From NCBI GenBank assembly GCA_047495785.1, contig JBLDXI010000013.1:2728001-2792000 (forward strand): 64,000 nt of DNA, read 5' to 3'. A program made the position numbers and the translations under genes. This DNA comes from Lepidodermella squamata (taxonomy: Eukaryota; Animalia; Gastrotricha). How positions within the stretch are numbered: position 1 is the stretch's first letter; each line of letters starts with the position of its first letter. Under the pieces are notes generated by a model. The model worked only from the letters and a program-made list of their open reading frames with translations. It had not been told where the DNA came from and ran no database searches. Shown piece after piece: positions 13,137-24,427 of the stretch.

Positions 13137-13422
13137 TTCACATTAAAACTATCTAAAAATGAATAAAAGTTCCAATTGAAGCAGCCATTTCAAAATCTAC
13201 TTAGCGTTATAAATAAATCTCAACATCGATTTAAAAACAAATAATTGATATCATCATGATTCATATAAACAAAAGGTCACCGAAACATGTAAAAGGGTGA
13301 TTCAATAAGCCTAAAATTGAGCTTCAACAATTCCTCCAAAGCTTGCGTAGATGAAATAAACTAATGTGTGATTTTAAATACTCGAGAAGTGATGGAAGCA
13401 ATAAAAATACTGGATTTCATTC

Positions 13423-16068
13423 TTAAAAACGAGATATCTGTCTCCGAAGATCGTAAACTCCAGAACCGTATGCAAAATCTGGGCCGTAAGTAGAGGGTAA
13501 ATTGGCTAAATGACGGCTTTGTTGAGGTCGCCCAGCTCTAGTTCGAGGAACACTTGTATTAGGGGAAACGCCGTCCATGTGTTGAAGGGTAGAAAGAACT
13601 CGACTGTTCGTGTTATTATTGTTTGAACCATTGCTCATTCGAGAACTAGCAATCAACGTGAAATAATAGTCTCTGATTTGTCTAGAAAACAAATAAATTT
13701 GTAAAATTCTCCCTGATGAATCGATTTAAAAATACCTTTCCGCATCAATCAATGCCCGAATAGCTTTCACTCGACGTTTCGTTGACATAGCATACAGGTG
13801 ACAGCAGATAGCGACAAAACAAACGGCAGTAACGAAAGAACCGGCGAGTAAAGGATGTCCCAAATTATCAGCAGCATCACCTGCCCCTGGAGACATTGCT
13901 CGCAGTTCGTCAAAAACAGTTTGCAAAGCGCTATTTAGACTCGCCATTGCAAAGGGGCCACAACCAGGTGACGCAAGCATAACAGAGGTGGCGTAGCCCG
14001 TGAAAGCCAGAGCAACGATGAAACAACCGCAAAGATATGCCAAATAAAAAGATTGCACTGTATCAGCGGCTCGCACCCGCCAAGTCAGGAAAGTATTTGC
14101 TTGAAGGTCCCAGCGTTTCAGGTAAAACAACACAAATCTCGTAAGAGAGGTAAACACCGGCAGAAAGGGCATGAAATAAACGCCCATCCAACAAATAGTC
14201 TGAATGTAGAACAAATTTATCACTTCGACAGGAAGCTCGAATTCACGCCGCCCGATTTTCTTCAAGAAACTAAACTTCTGATAACGGCCCACTTTTTCTA
14301 CCAGAATCCTTCTTAAATATGAATATCCAAAAGTAATCAGCAGCACATTGACCAAATCGGTAATAACGATTTTGTACAACTGCTCGCCAATGTTTGCTTC
14401 CCAGCAGTAAGATTTTTGACCCATCGTATCTTCAAGCTTGATAACAGCACATGAGAAGTCGCTTTTAGCGAGGCTGGTCGTATTTTTTGGCGTTGGACGA
14501 ATTGGACAAAGTTCTCTCAATTGAAATCCCAGCAGTGGAACCATAAATGTGATAACAGTTGCAAATCTCGAAACGATTAGCCGGAAGAGGATTACTTTGA
14601 TTTCTGTTTCCGGCGAGTAATTTTCGAATTTGGCCAAAGCCACGAAAACGTCAGGTTGGAAGGTGTTGAGAATGACAACGACAGTCGCTGGAAGGAAATC
14701 AGCGGAAAATGATGAAAACCAATCGTCAGCATTGTCCAACTGAATTTGAGCACATGATGAGCTTAGCAAAATCAACACAATGCCACCGACAATTACTGCC
14801 AGGGATATTATCATCAATATAGTACGAATGACCCAAAGCTTTACAGCAGCTATTGTCGTAAGTTTCTCGGTCGCAAGGCGACGAAGAACCCTTTCGAGTT
14901 CCATCTTCAAAAATCTTCTCAAAGTTGCGAGTCGCATGTCACATGAAAATCTCGTTGAAGTGACATGGTCCCATCCAGCAAAAACGACAGAGGAGAAGTG
15001 GTAGTGAAAATCCTCAGAGTGATGAGGCCCGTTCTCGACAACCGCTTTGTAAGATAGCACGAGAAGGCAAATGAAAGAAATCGTAAAGACAAGACCAATA
15101 ACACTGAAGTACAGCAAACCCCCAGGGAAAACTGCACCCTCTTCGCCTCGTTTTTGATACAATATGTCGGTGTAATAAGCATAGTACAAAGGTGACATAG
15201 TTAGGTAACCTTGACCACGCATGATATTTGTGGTATGTGAGATCCAGGATGCATTGTTATTAGATTCAGTTAAAACGTCCCTGAATTCGCGCGAACATCT
15301 TATGAAGAGATCCACGTAAGTTCCATTGCACATGACGGAACTGAGCTGTTTCATCTTATCGACACATTCACTTGCTTCGTTAATAGGAATATCAGGTGCT
15401 GAACTAGCAACAAGATATGGTAGAACGAGCAGAAAGAATATGATGAAAGATAAGAACACATTGAGAATGAAGAGGAATCTAATGAGTGAAAAGTAACTAG
15501 CAGCAGCTCTTCCAAAATAACTTCGAATTCTTTCCAAAGAGTTGTTCCACGGAAAATATTGATTACTCGAATCGATTTGAGGCCTAGCGACAAGGACTTT
15601 GTCAACCGCTGTTTGTAATGCCTTACGACGTATCGCACTAGGTCTCAAATCTGCTGATAGAAATACAGATCTCACTGCTCTAGGCAGAACTGATTCTCGC
15701 GATGCAGCGATTGATGCAATCGAAAGCGGAGACTCTAATGATGGACTGCTCACAACTGTCGAAATGCTTGCTCCAGTTCCAAGCTGTCGATATTTTAACA
15801 AGTCCTGACGGTAAAACAACGAGGCTCGCTGTAGGGCAGAACGAAAAGTTTCTTTTGAAGAGTGCTTGAAATAACTATCGTCAATATCGCAAGCTACGTT
15901 GCTAGGTAAGGCGGTCGCCAATTCAAAGAGATCATCATACTCCTCGTCGACATTATCGATTCCAACCAGCTCATCGCGAACAGCAGTTGAAGACGAGTTG
16001 GCCTGTTGCTGTGATTCAAGAGCTATTTCAGGAACATTGACGTATTGTCGCGGCCGCGAAAATGACAT
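13423..16068 (-). CDS. Transmembrane channel-like (TMC) protein, non-TMC1/2/3 (TMC4-8-like) type; 2 coding exons
   Basis: IRSYFGRAAASYFSLIRFLFILN; VFAGWD; FENY; TMC domain CWEANIGEQLYK...EFELPVEVINLFYIQTICWMGVYFMP; SPGCGPF. A short intron joins to the last exon ending at 13423. Confidence 0.9.
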
Positions 16069-17351
16069 TCAAAAGACCTAGTAATAATAAGAAAATGATA
16101 TCCGCACATCCATGAAGACTTCGGAGGTGATAGATAATTCTCATTACCCAATAGGGATTAGGAATTAGCCCTAATTTTATAACATAAGGTATAACGAAAC
16201 CTCCCCTCCTTAAAGCTCCGAGGTCAGGGGGGTAGGTGGTTCTTAAGAACAGATCAGAAGCAAGAAGGCATAGAAAGAAATAAGTTAGCTGGAATTAACT
16301 CCCACTAAAATACACGGGCAGAAGTTCGAAGTTGTATAGTGTACTTCATCCCCACCCCCGCGTCCTCATAATGAAGCATCATCACTAACAATGTGAAAAT
16401 GAGGTGAACAAATGAAGCAGAAAAAGCCATCAAAGAAAAACCCTTAGTCGGCATATGGAACATTTACAACATTAACACAGGCACTGTTATACAAATCACG
16501 CCTTCATGAGAGTGAATGGGGAAAGCTCAGGTGGAGATAGCTCAGAACAGAAAATTAGCAAGGAAGGGCACGAGGAAAAAGCATATCCTATCAATATTAC
16601 AAGTAGCTTTCAAGATATAGGCTGGAGCAAGAAAACAGAAACCGCGTTTCAAAAATCAACGAATCGGCAAAAAATCAGGACAATATGCACTATTTCAGCA
16701 ACATCAGAGCAGCATCGATCCTTCTGCATCGTGTGTCGTGGATCAAGAATAAGAAATCACGTGCAGAAAGATATAGGTATCCTTTGCCTTTCAGCCCGTG
16801 AAAGTTAGGAGAAAAATAGCCGAGAGATGGCAGCAGCAGGCAGCAGCAACATTCAAAATCACACGATTAGCGATTAAACGCCAAAAACCAACAACTTCAA
16901 GTGCCCGCGGTGCATATCCGTACAATGCGACCCCACATATATCGTTATATTAATGCAGACCGTAGTATGAATGAATTGACTCTAATATTATCATTATTAT
17001 TATATTATACCTGGTGACTTGATGACCTCGACACTAAATACAATATGAACTGCAATATGTATTTACTGGATTATTTTTGCACTTAAACATTCGCCAGATT
17101 TCATTATTTTGAATTTTGGCGGGCGGCGGCCGTTTGGTTTGAAGTTTCTTGTCGTCACCTTTCTCGGGGTTCCCAGGTTATCTCTTTGTCGGTCAGGATT
17201 ACGGCCGCAGTCGAAAGTTTACAATTGGTTTTGTCTAACTGAACTAGAAGCCCCCCTAGCCCCTAGGCGCTGACATCGAACAGTTAACCCAATTCAAGTC
17301 TTGGAAAGCTCTCATCATAATTATCTATCATCCATTTATCATAGACGTGTT

Positions 17352-19472
17352 ATGTTTGAGGAGGAAAATCACGGAGTGCTTTTGAGCAATCAAATTCGTG
17401 ATTTGCTGAGCGCTTTGCGCTCAAACATTCGGGCTAGCAAATTACCATCGTCGCTCTTTGAAAGATTGTTATCGGCCCTTTTCGAGTCCCATCAAAATGT
17501 CGAGCCTGTTGTTAATTTGATTGATTTTAACATCGATTTCGATGAAAGGGAAATAAGCCCGCAGCATCGTCTGTATTTACGGTTTCTCATTCGATTATTT
17601 GGATCTAAGCAGATAGAGTCCCTGAAGCCAACATATTTTTCGGCTGCCGAATATGGTTACCAAGACACTGCCATTGCATCAGCTTGGCTTCTAGCTTCTG
17701 TTCAAGTTGCGCGTAAAACCGATAATATCCAATGGATGTTTGAAACCAGCGCAGTTACAAACGTATTTTCCTATTTGAAAAACGACAATGTTTACGTTGC
17801 TCGAAATGCCGCTTCGGTTATTCAGTGTTTGCTGGCATCACTTTGTTTTAAGCTCAACAGGTCGGAGATGGTATCGGACATTTTAACCGTGCTGGTAGGA
17901 AATGTTTTGATGTTTCAATCTCCAGCGCGGAGCTTTCGATCCCCTGGCAATGGAATGACTTCCGGTAAAATACATGAGCATTGTGCATTTGAGTGTGCAA
18001 AACTATTAACGGAATTCATTGAAAGTCTTCATATCAATGGTCTTGACAACGAAGCTATTCGCCTGAAATATGGAGTTTCTCTAACTCCTGATGAATCTCA
18101 GCATATTTTGCAATTGGCAGTCAATTACAAGCGATTGCAAGACTGCTGTATTGCAATTTATTGCGCGTTTTACGAAAACAGTAGTTTTCCTGCAATTGAT
18201 TCGCTTGAACTAAATTCGAGGATAGCATTACGCCAGCTAAAATCTTCTGGCACGCTTGGACGGCCATCGCCTGTTTCATGTTGGAAGGTAGCTTTGCAGG
18301 TTCTCTCACCTTCCAATGACACGCGCAATTTGAAGATTGGTTCTTTTGTCGCTTCACTGGCGTCTCATGTTGAGTCCATTAAATGTGATCGCGAAGTGTC
18401 ATCCTTGATAGTCGAAGCTTGCTGTAATATTTTCCAACGGTTGGAATCTGAAAATTTGAGCCAAGATACAATCTATTTACGATTCATCGTTAGTTCGTCG
18501 AAAATGTTCATTTCCAGTGGAAGCATTCAAACGCTGATCGAAAGCAGAATTATTGATAACTTCATCAAGCTGTGCGAAGCCGCAGTATTGCAACGCGACA
18601 AAATGGTTTCAGATCGGTATTTAGTCGAATTGTTTCGCTGCTCCTCGGAAATGCTTGTTACTCTACTTCGATCGTCACCATGCGAAGACAGTTGGATTCA
18701 AGAAAAAACCCAGACCTTTCTACGCCTTTGTGTTGCTGTCGAAAATGCCGGTCCTCACGACTTCCCGGCGAACGTCAAGTTTTCAAGCGTTGAAGCAGCT
18801 GCTGCTCTCATTAATGTGTTTTCAGAGATAAGTTTGCCTGGTGGAACCGTTGAAGCTGCTGAAACATGGCTCTTAGCTGCTTGTCGAACTTTGGAAAAAT
18901 GCGCATCTTCTGATGTTCATCTCGAAGATTTGATCAATACTTACGGACACACAACTCGAGTTAATGTGATTAACCGCACTGTTCTTAAACAGTCATTTAA
19001 TTCTAACTTAAGTTCGCGTGTTTTCGATTCGTTGCCGCCTAATAAGCTGAACAGATTGACATCTTTGACCTTTCCCGGGCTCAGGCGAGCTGTAATTGCA
19101 TTGTTATTCTCTGCTTCACATTTGCCTCACAGCCGTCGCTCAGAAGCGTCAAGTTTGCTGGAATCGATGGTCCCAAGTCTAAATGAAGAATTCGATCCCT
19201 TCGTAGCTAATATAATCAACCACTGGTCGGCCGTTTGTCTCAATCACTGCGATAAGGATTGCTCGATGTTAAAAGATCTTCTCGAAAGCGGTTTCGAGTT
19301 AACCCCAGATAAAGCTGAGAAGGCTCCATTGACTGAAGAAATGGTAATCGCCACGGCCAAACGAGTTTGCGAAGACGTGCTTGCCTTTTTGCACTCACCT
19401 GATGACACGCCCTGCGTTTTTATTGGCGCATCTGATGGCGATCAGGATATTGTCGACTGCGAAGAATCTTGA
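17352..19472 (+). CDS. Intronless helical-repeat protein, candidate divergent BRAT1 (Integrator assembly factor)
   Basis: About 700-aa ORF. 'VFSYLKNDNVYVARNAASVIQCLL' resembles the remembered BRAT1 segment '[20 protein letters not shown]'; the acidic C-terminus GDQDIVDCEES resembles BRAT1 'GDEADCY'. The ORF is certain, the identity tentative. Confidence 0.5.
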   Translation: MFEEENHGVLLSNQIRDLLSALRSNIRASKLPSSLFERLLSALFESHQNVEPVVNLIDFNIDFDEREISPQHRLYLRFLIRLFGSKQIESLKPTYFSAAEYGYQDTAIASAWLLASVQVARKTDNIQWMFETSAVTNVFSYLKNDNVYVARNAASVIQCLLASLCFKLNRSEMVSDILTVLVGNVLMFQSPARSFRSPGNGMTSGKIHEHCAFECAKLLTEFIESLHINGLDNEAIRLKYGVSLTPDESQHILQLAVNYKRLQDCCIAIYCAFYENSSFPAIDSLELNSRIALRQLKSSGTLGRPSPVSCWKVALQVLSPSNDTRNLKIGSFVASLASHVESIKCDREVSSLIVEACCNIFQRLESENLSQDTIYLRFIVSSSKMFISSGSIQTLIESRIIDNFIKLCEAAVLQRDKMVSDRYLVELFRCSSEMLVTLLRSSPCEDSWIQEKTQTFLRLCVAVENAGPHDFPANVKFSSVEAAAALINVFSEISLPGGTVEAAETWLLAACRTLEKCASSDVHLEDLINTYGHTTRVNVINRTVLKQSFNSNLSSRVFDSLPPNKLNRLTSLTFPGLRRAVIALLFSASHLPHSRRSEASSLLESMVPSLNEEFDPFVANIINHWSAVCLNHCDKDCSMLKDLLESGFELTPDKAEKAPLTEEMVIATAKRVCEDVLAFLHSPDDTPCVFIGASDGDQDIVDCEES

Positions 19473-19525
19473 ATTTTGAATAATATTTTTAAGAAGGATT
19501 TCTTGGTTTCATCTAGATTTTTTAA

Positions 19526-20245
19526 ATGCATCAGCCGACAGAATGGACCCCGGTTTGTGGCGAGGAAGGAATGGTTGTGTGGACGGGAACAATGTTTGGC
19601 GTCTGCTTCGCCACGCTTCTGTTTAGCTACCTGGGACATTTCACGGCAATCGCTTGCACAGCTTTTTACCTGGGTCGATTCCCGAAGTCTACCGAAGTTC
19701 GCGAGCCGTTCGAACTGCCTAAATTGTACAGCTACTCGCTACAAGTCATTTTAACACTGCTGATTTGCGATCCTCTAATCAAACTAGTCATCGTCATTTT
19801 CGTCAGTGGCAAGCAGAATAGTTTTGTAGAAGACTTCAAGTTGATGCTAATGTTCACAACATGGGCATTGAATTTGACGTATTACCGACGATTGGCGATC
19901 AGTAACTATATTAAACTACCCGGTGTTGTGTCGATCACTGCTTCTATCACTTTTCTGTTTTTCGCCCAAATTCCGGTACTGCTGAGCACGGCCGACGCGC
20001 AAGATAGCTTGAACCTCGGGTTTTTGATCGCCTATCAAGTTTTGATGTTTTGTGCAATCGTCAATCTGGCCGCTCTGTTTTTCATCGTGAAGCGAACCAT
20101 GTTTCTACTGCCCGGCTATACCGACCTGACCGTGGAGTCAAATTTACCAGGTTCCACTCCTAGCCGGCCATTGTTCAATAACAATCGCCCAGAAACGTCA
20201 GACAAAGCTCCCGATGGTATCGACAACCCGGCTGAAGAAAAATAG
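19526..20245 (+). CDS. 5-TM membrane protein resembling the isolated TMD0 of ABCC10/MRP7
   Basis: N-terminal C-x7-W-x7-CF...H...AFYLG pattern (CGEEGMVVWTGTMFGVCFATLLFSYLGHFTAIACTAFYLG) like the ABCC10 TMD0; about five hydrophobic segments; in-frame TAA directly before the ATG; polar tail then stop. Confidence 0.65.
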   Translation: MHQPTEWTPVCGEEGMVVWTGTMFGVCFATLLFSYLGHFTAIACTAFYLGRFPKSTEVREPFELPKLYSYSLQVILTLLICDPLIKLVIVIFVSGKQNSFVEDFKLMLMFTTWALNLTYYRRLAISNYIKLPGVVSITASITFLFFAQIPVLLSTADAQDSLNLGFLIAYQVLMFCAIVNLAALFFIVKRTMFLLPGYTDLTVESNLPGSTPSRPLFNNNRPETSDKAPDGIDNPAEEK

Positions 20246-20614
20246 TCGTCTAATAAATTTGTCATCGAATACTTATTTATATTTTTTAGACTTGTAATCG
20301 AAATCGCTGAATCGTCTTTCTAAATTCGACGTCATGATTATTATTTGCTAGCTTGTTGGCGCTACCTTGATTTCTTTGTGAGCTGTATCTATTTATCTAT
20401 TCTTCAGTTCCGACTCGATCGCAATAATATGCAAGTTATAATCAGCAGTATGTAATTACGCAAATTTTTCAAAATTTATATCGACGCCAAGTTTTACAAC
20501 AAGAAACAAGTCAACGCCTTTGAAAAATGAGAAAATAAAGCTGAGTGTGTGCTAAACATGTTTTGTTGCTGCTTATTATAGACTATTTACCTATTCCTTT
20601 ATTTGCCTTGAAAA

Positions 20615-23195
20615 ATGACGGCATTCGAAGGTAATGTTTAGCATATTTACGAGCCTGGTTTTTGAACCTTGTCGCTTGCCTAGAAATGGGTGTGATGCCA
20701 GAAATAGCCGCTGCTGTTGAAGAAATGGGTTGGACGTGAGTTTTGCTGAAAGAAGGCATTTTGAAGCATCAATGCATTGTTGTTAGACTTCCCACTGATG
20801 TGCAAGCTGAAGCTATTCCTTTGATTTTGGGTGGTGGCGATGTATTGATGGCGGCTGAAACTGGTTCAGGAAAAACCGGCGTAAGAACCTGCTTTACATT
20901 CGGATTTTTTATCTTGAATTACGATATGAAACTAGGCCTTCTGCTTGCCTATCATCCAAATCGTGTATGAAACACTTCGAGATCTGAAAGAAGGCAAAGG
21001 CAAGACGGTAAGAGGTGGGGGCGGAAAGATTGAAGCCCGATGGCGTATGAATATTTACGACCGGGGTGATGCGATGGCGATTGATCTGGAACACGGTTTG
21101 CGGTGTCAGTCTCGTGATCAAGGCGGCTGGCACGGAACAAGGTTAACGAGGAAAAATGGAAAAAAAATCGTAATAACGTAATTTTCCAGGTGTATGAAGG
21201 GAATCTCGAACCACGGAGCGTATTACTACGAAGCAACTGTGACCGATGAAGGTCTTTGCCGCGTGGGTTGGTCAACAGCAGTAGCCGCTCTCGATCTAGG
21301 AACCGATCGTTGTGGCTTCGGCTTTGGCGGAACTGGCAAGAAAAGTTACGGGAAAGACTTCCAAACCTACGGCGAACCTTTTGGCCTCAACGATGTGATT
21401 GGCTGCTTCATCGACCTTGACCGTGGCGTTGTTGAATGGTCGAAAAACGGCCGTCTCTTCGGCAAGGCGTTTGATATTTCGCAGAATATGAGACGAGAAA
21501 CCTACTACCCGGCTTGCGTTCTCAAAAACGCTGAGCTTGAGTTCAATTTCGGCGAAACCCCGTTCAAACATCCGCCGCCTCAGCCGTACCAAGCGGTCAG
21601 TAAAGCCGCGGCTGATTGCGTGGCTTTGAACCCGAACACAACAGTGGCAGTTAAGGCGTCAAGCGGGCCGCCTAAGCCCAACGCACCCTACGCTGTTATC
21701 ATCGAACCATCGCGTGAATTGGCTGAACAAACGCTTCATGCTGTTCGTTCGTTCAAGAAGCATCTTGACCCGAAATCAGCCCCGCGTGAGCTACTATTAA
21801 TCGGCGGCGTCCCGGCTCGAGATCAAATTTCCGCCCTTGAAAACGGCGTGGAAATCGTTGTAGCTACCCCGGGCAAATTGGCCGATTTATGGCAGTCGAA
21901 AAACCTGCTATTCGAAAATGTTCGGTATTTTGTGCTGGACGAGGCTGATGGGTTGTTGCAGCAAAATTACGGCGATTTGATCCAGAAGATTCACGCGTCG
22001 ATTCCGAAAATTACGGTGGATGGGCGCAGGCTTCAGATGATTGTCTGCTCAGCTACCCTCCACTCGCCTGATGTTCGTCGAATGGCTGATCGCTTGATGC
22101 ATTACCCGATTTGGATTGACCTAAAGGGTCAAGATTCGGTCCCTGAAACAGTTCACCACGTCGTGTGTAAGGTGGATCCGTCAAGTGATGCGGGTTGGAA
22201 AGCGCTGTTTGGCAACAGAAACGCCGAAAGACGGATTGAGACTGATACGGTTCATGCCCAGGGTGATCGGCTTTCACCTCATGTTGAAACCAAAGGTAGC
22301 GATTTTTCGACTATTTTTTATTTCTCGATTATGATTTTTTCAAGAAATGCTCAGTGAGGCCGTCAAACTGCTAAAGGGTGAATACGTCGTTCGAGCTATC
22401 GATGCTATGAAAATGGACCAGGCGCTCATATTTTGCCGTACCAAACTCGACTGTGATAACATGGAAAATTTCCTCGTTGATCTGAGCAAGCGAAAACGCC
22501 CCGAAGACCGTTACACCTGTGTCTGCTTACACGGTGATCGGAAGCCTGAAGAGCGTCGCGCTAATCTCGAAGCTTTCAAGCGGAAAGAAGTTCGTTTCAT
22601 GATTTGTACCGACGTAGCGGCTCGTGGTATCGATATTTCGGGTCTGCCTTACGTTATCAATGTTACGTTACCCGACGAAATCCAGAACTACGTTCATCGT
22701 ATCGGCCGTGTTGGTCGGGCTGAACGAATGGGCCTTGCAATCTCTCTTGTCTCGAGTGTACCTGAGAAAGTGTGGTACCACAGCAATTGCCCTGATAAGG
22801 GTAGAAATTGCCGGAATACAAACCTGGTTCGCTATTCGAAATATGCATATAATTAAGGTAATTTTCTTGTTTTTAAGGTGGAAGAGGGTGGCTGTTGCAT
22901 GTGGTACAACGAGCCGAATTTACTCAGTGATATTGAAGACCATCTCGGTGTAACTATCGACACAGTCGACCCGGATTTTGTGATTCCTGTCAATGAATTC
23001 GATGGCAAAGTTGTGTATGGTCAAAAACGCCGGTCTGACCCAACTGGAGGCTATAAAAATCACGTCGCAAACCTAGCAACATGTGTCAGCGATTTGGGTC
23101 GGCTGGAAAAACGGGCTCAGGCTATTTATTTACACATGAAAAGTGATAAAGGAATCTGGCAAGCTGCAGCAAACGGAAATTCCAAAAAACCATGA
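20615..23195 (+). CDS. DDX1: ATP-dependent RNA helicase DDX1 (multi-exon)
   Basis: [14 protein letters not shown]...[31 protein letters not shown]; SPRY insert ([17 protein letters not shown]); DEAD; SAT; [19 protein letters not shown]; [11 protein letters not shown]. Confidence 0.97.
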
Positions 23196-24427
23196 AACCT
23201 CCGAAAATAACCATTCTGGTCTGAATAAAGTCAACGAAAATTAATTATTCTTGAATAAAATAAGTCTTGGTGATTTCGTTTTGAGTGTTTTATTTTCTTT
23301 TCAGTTGTTTCTTCTACTACTCCCATTTCAAGCAAAAGTTTGTAGCTAACACATGGAAGATGAAATTCTTTTCTTCTTTCTAATGTGCGACAAATTTTCA
23401 GCAAAACTGGCACACAGTTGTTATCATGCATGACACAGGTGACGCGTGTCCGTGAGCTTTCGCAAGTCACTTCACTATGCTAAATATACATTATTTGCAT
23501 ATCTTTTGAAATATTACGCGAAAATCATAGACTTTAAAGTGACCCGCGAATTTTTGCATTTTTTTATCAACATATAATAACGCGATTGAAGTGAAAAGAA
23601 CATGCGGAGGAATGATTAAAACAAATTTGATTATTACTAAAACAAGCTATTTTATACAGGATGAAGCAGGCCGAATATCGGCGCGATCCGCGATAAAAAA
23701 AACGGTTATTTGAAAAAATTTCCGGGATCATTGTAGAAAGAAATTGCGTATGTCCTATATCAAAGCGCTCTTTTACCAGCTATTAAGGCAGTGCAAAAAC
23801 TGAGTGGAATATAGGATATACAGAATAAAATTCTTTTTGATAGATTGGTTTGAAAATAAATCGGGGGAAAATGGGGCTACTTCCGGTTCTTTCCCTAAAT
23901 TTCCTTCTCCGTGTAAAGAGACATGACTTGAACAGAAACTATAGAAGCGAAAAATAGAAATAAAGTTTCAAGAAAGACCGGCTTTTTATACAACAGGCAA
24001 AAAAGGAGTGATACTTGCTTTTCTTCTGCTTCAAATGCGATATAATGATATCAAAAATAGAAACTGCATTAACGAAGAACTATTGATAAATAATATTGAT
24101 TTATCGTATAATGCTGCTTTCAAACATTCTCTTCGGTGATTTGTCCCCATTCATCTCATATAGTCTCATTATCTTCTAGTTGGCAAGTTTGATGCTGTCA
24201 TCAAGATTATAGGATAGATACACGAAACGATACAAGAATTAGCAACGGAGAGCGAAAATTGAGGAGTTGCTATTTAGGTTTTGAAATAATGAAATATTGC
24301 ACTTGAATACTGCTCTCTTCCTCTCTTCATCGCTTCGAGGACCTTTTTTGGCGAAATACTATTGATAATTACAGGTAAAATGGCAGTTCGCGTAGTTCGA
24401 ATCAAGTTATAATATAAATATCTGCGT

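Noticed and set aside
16250-16390. Possible C/D-box snoRNA (GTGATGA...CTGA on the minus strand) upstream of TMC
   Set aside because: No terminal stem or recognisable guide sequence; such boxes occur by chance.
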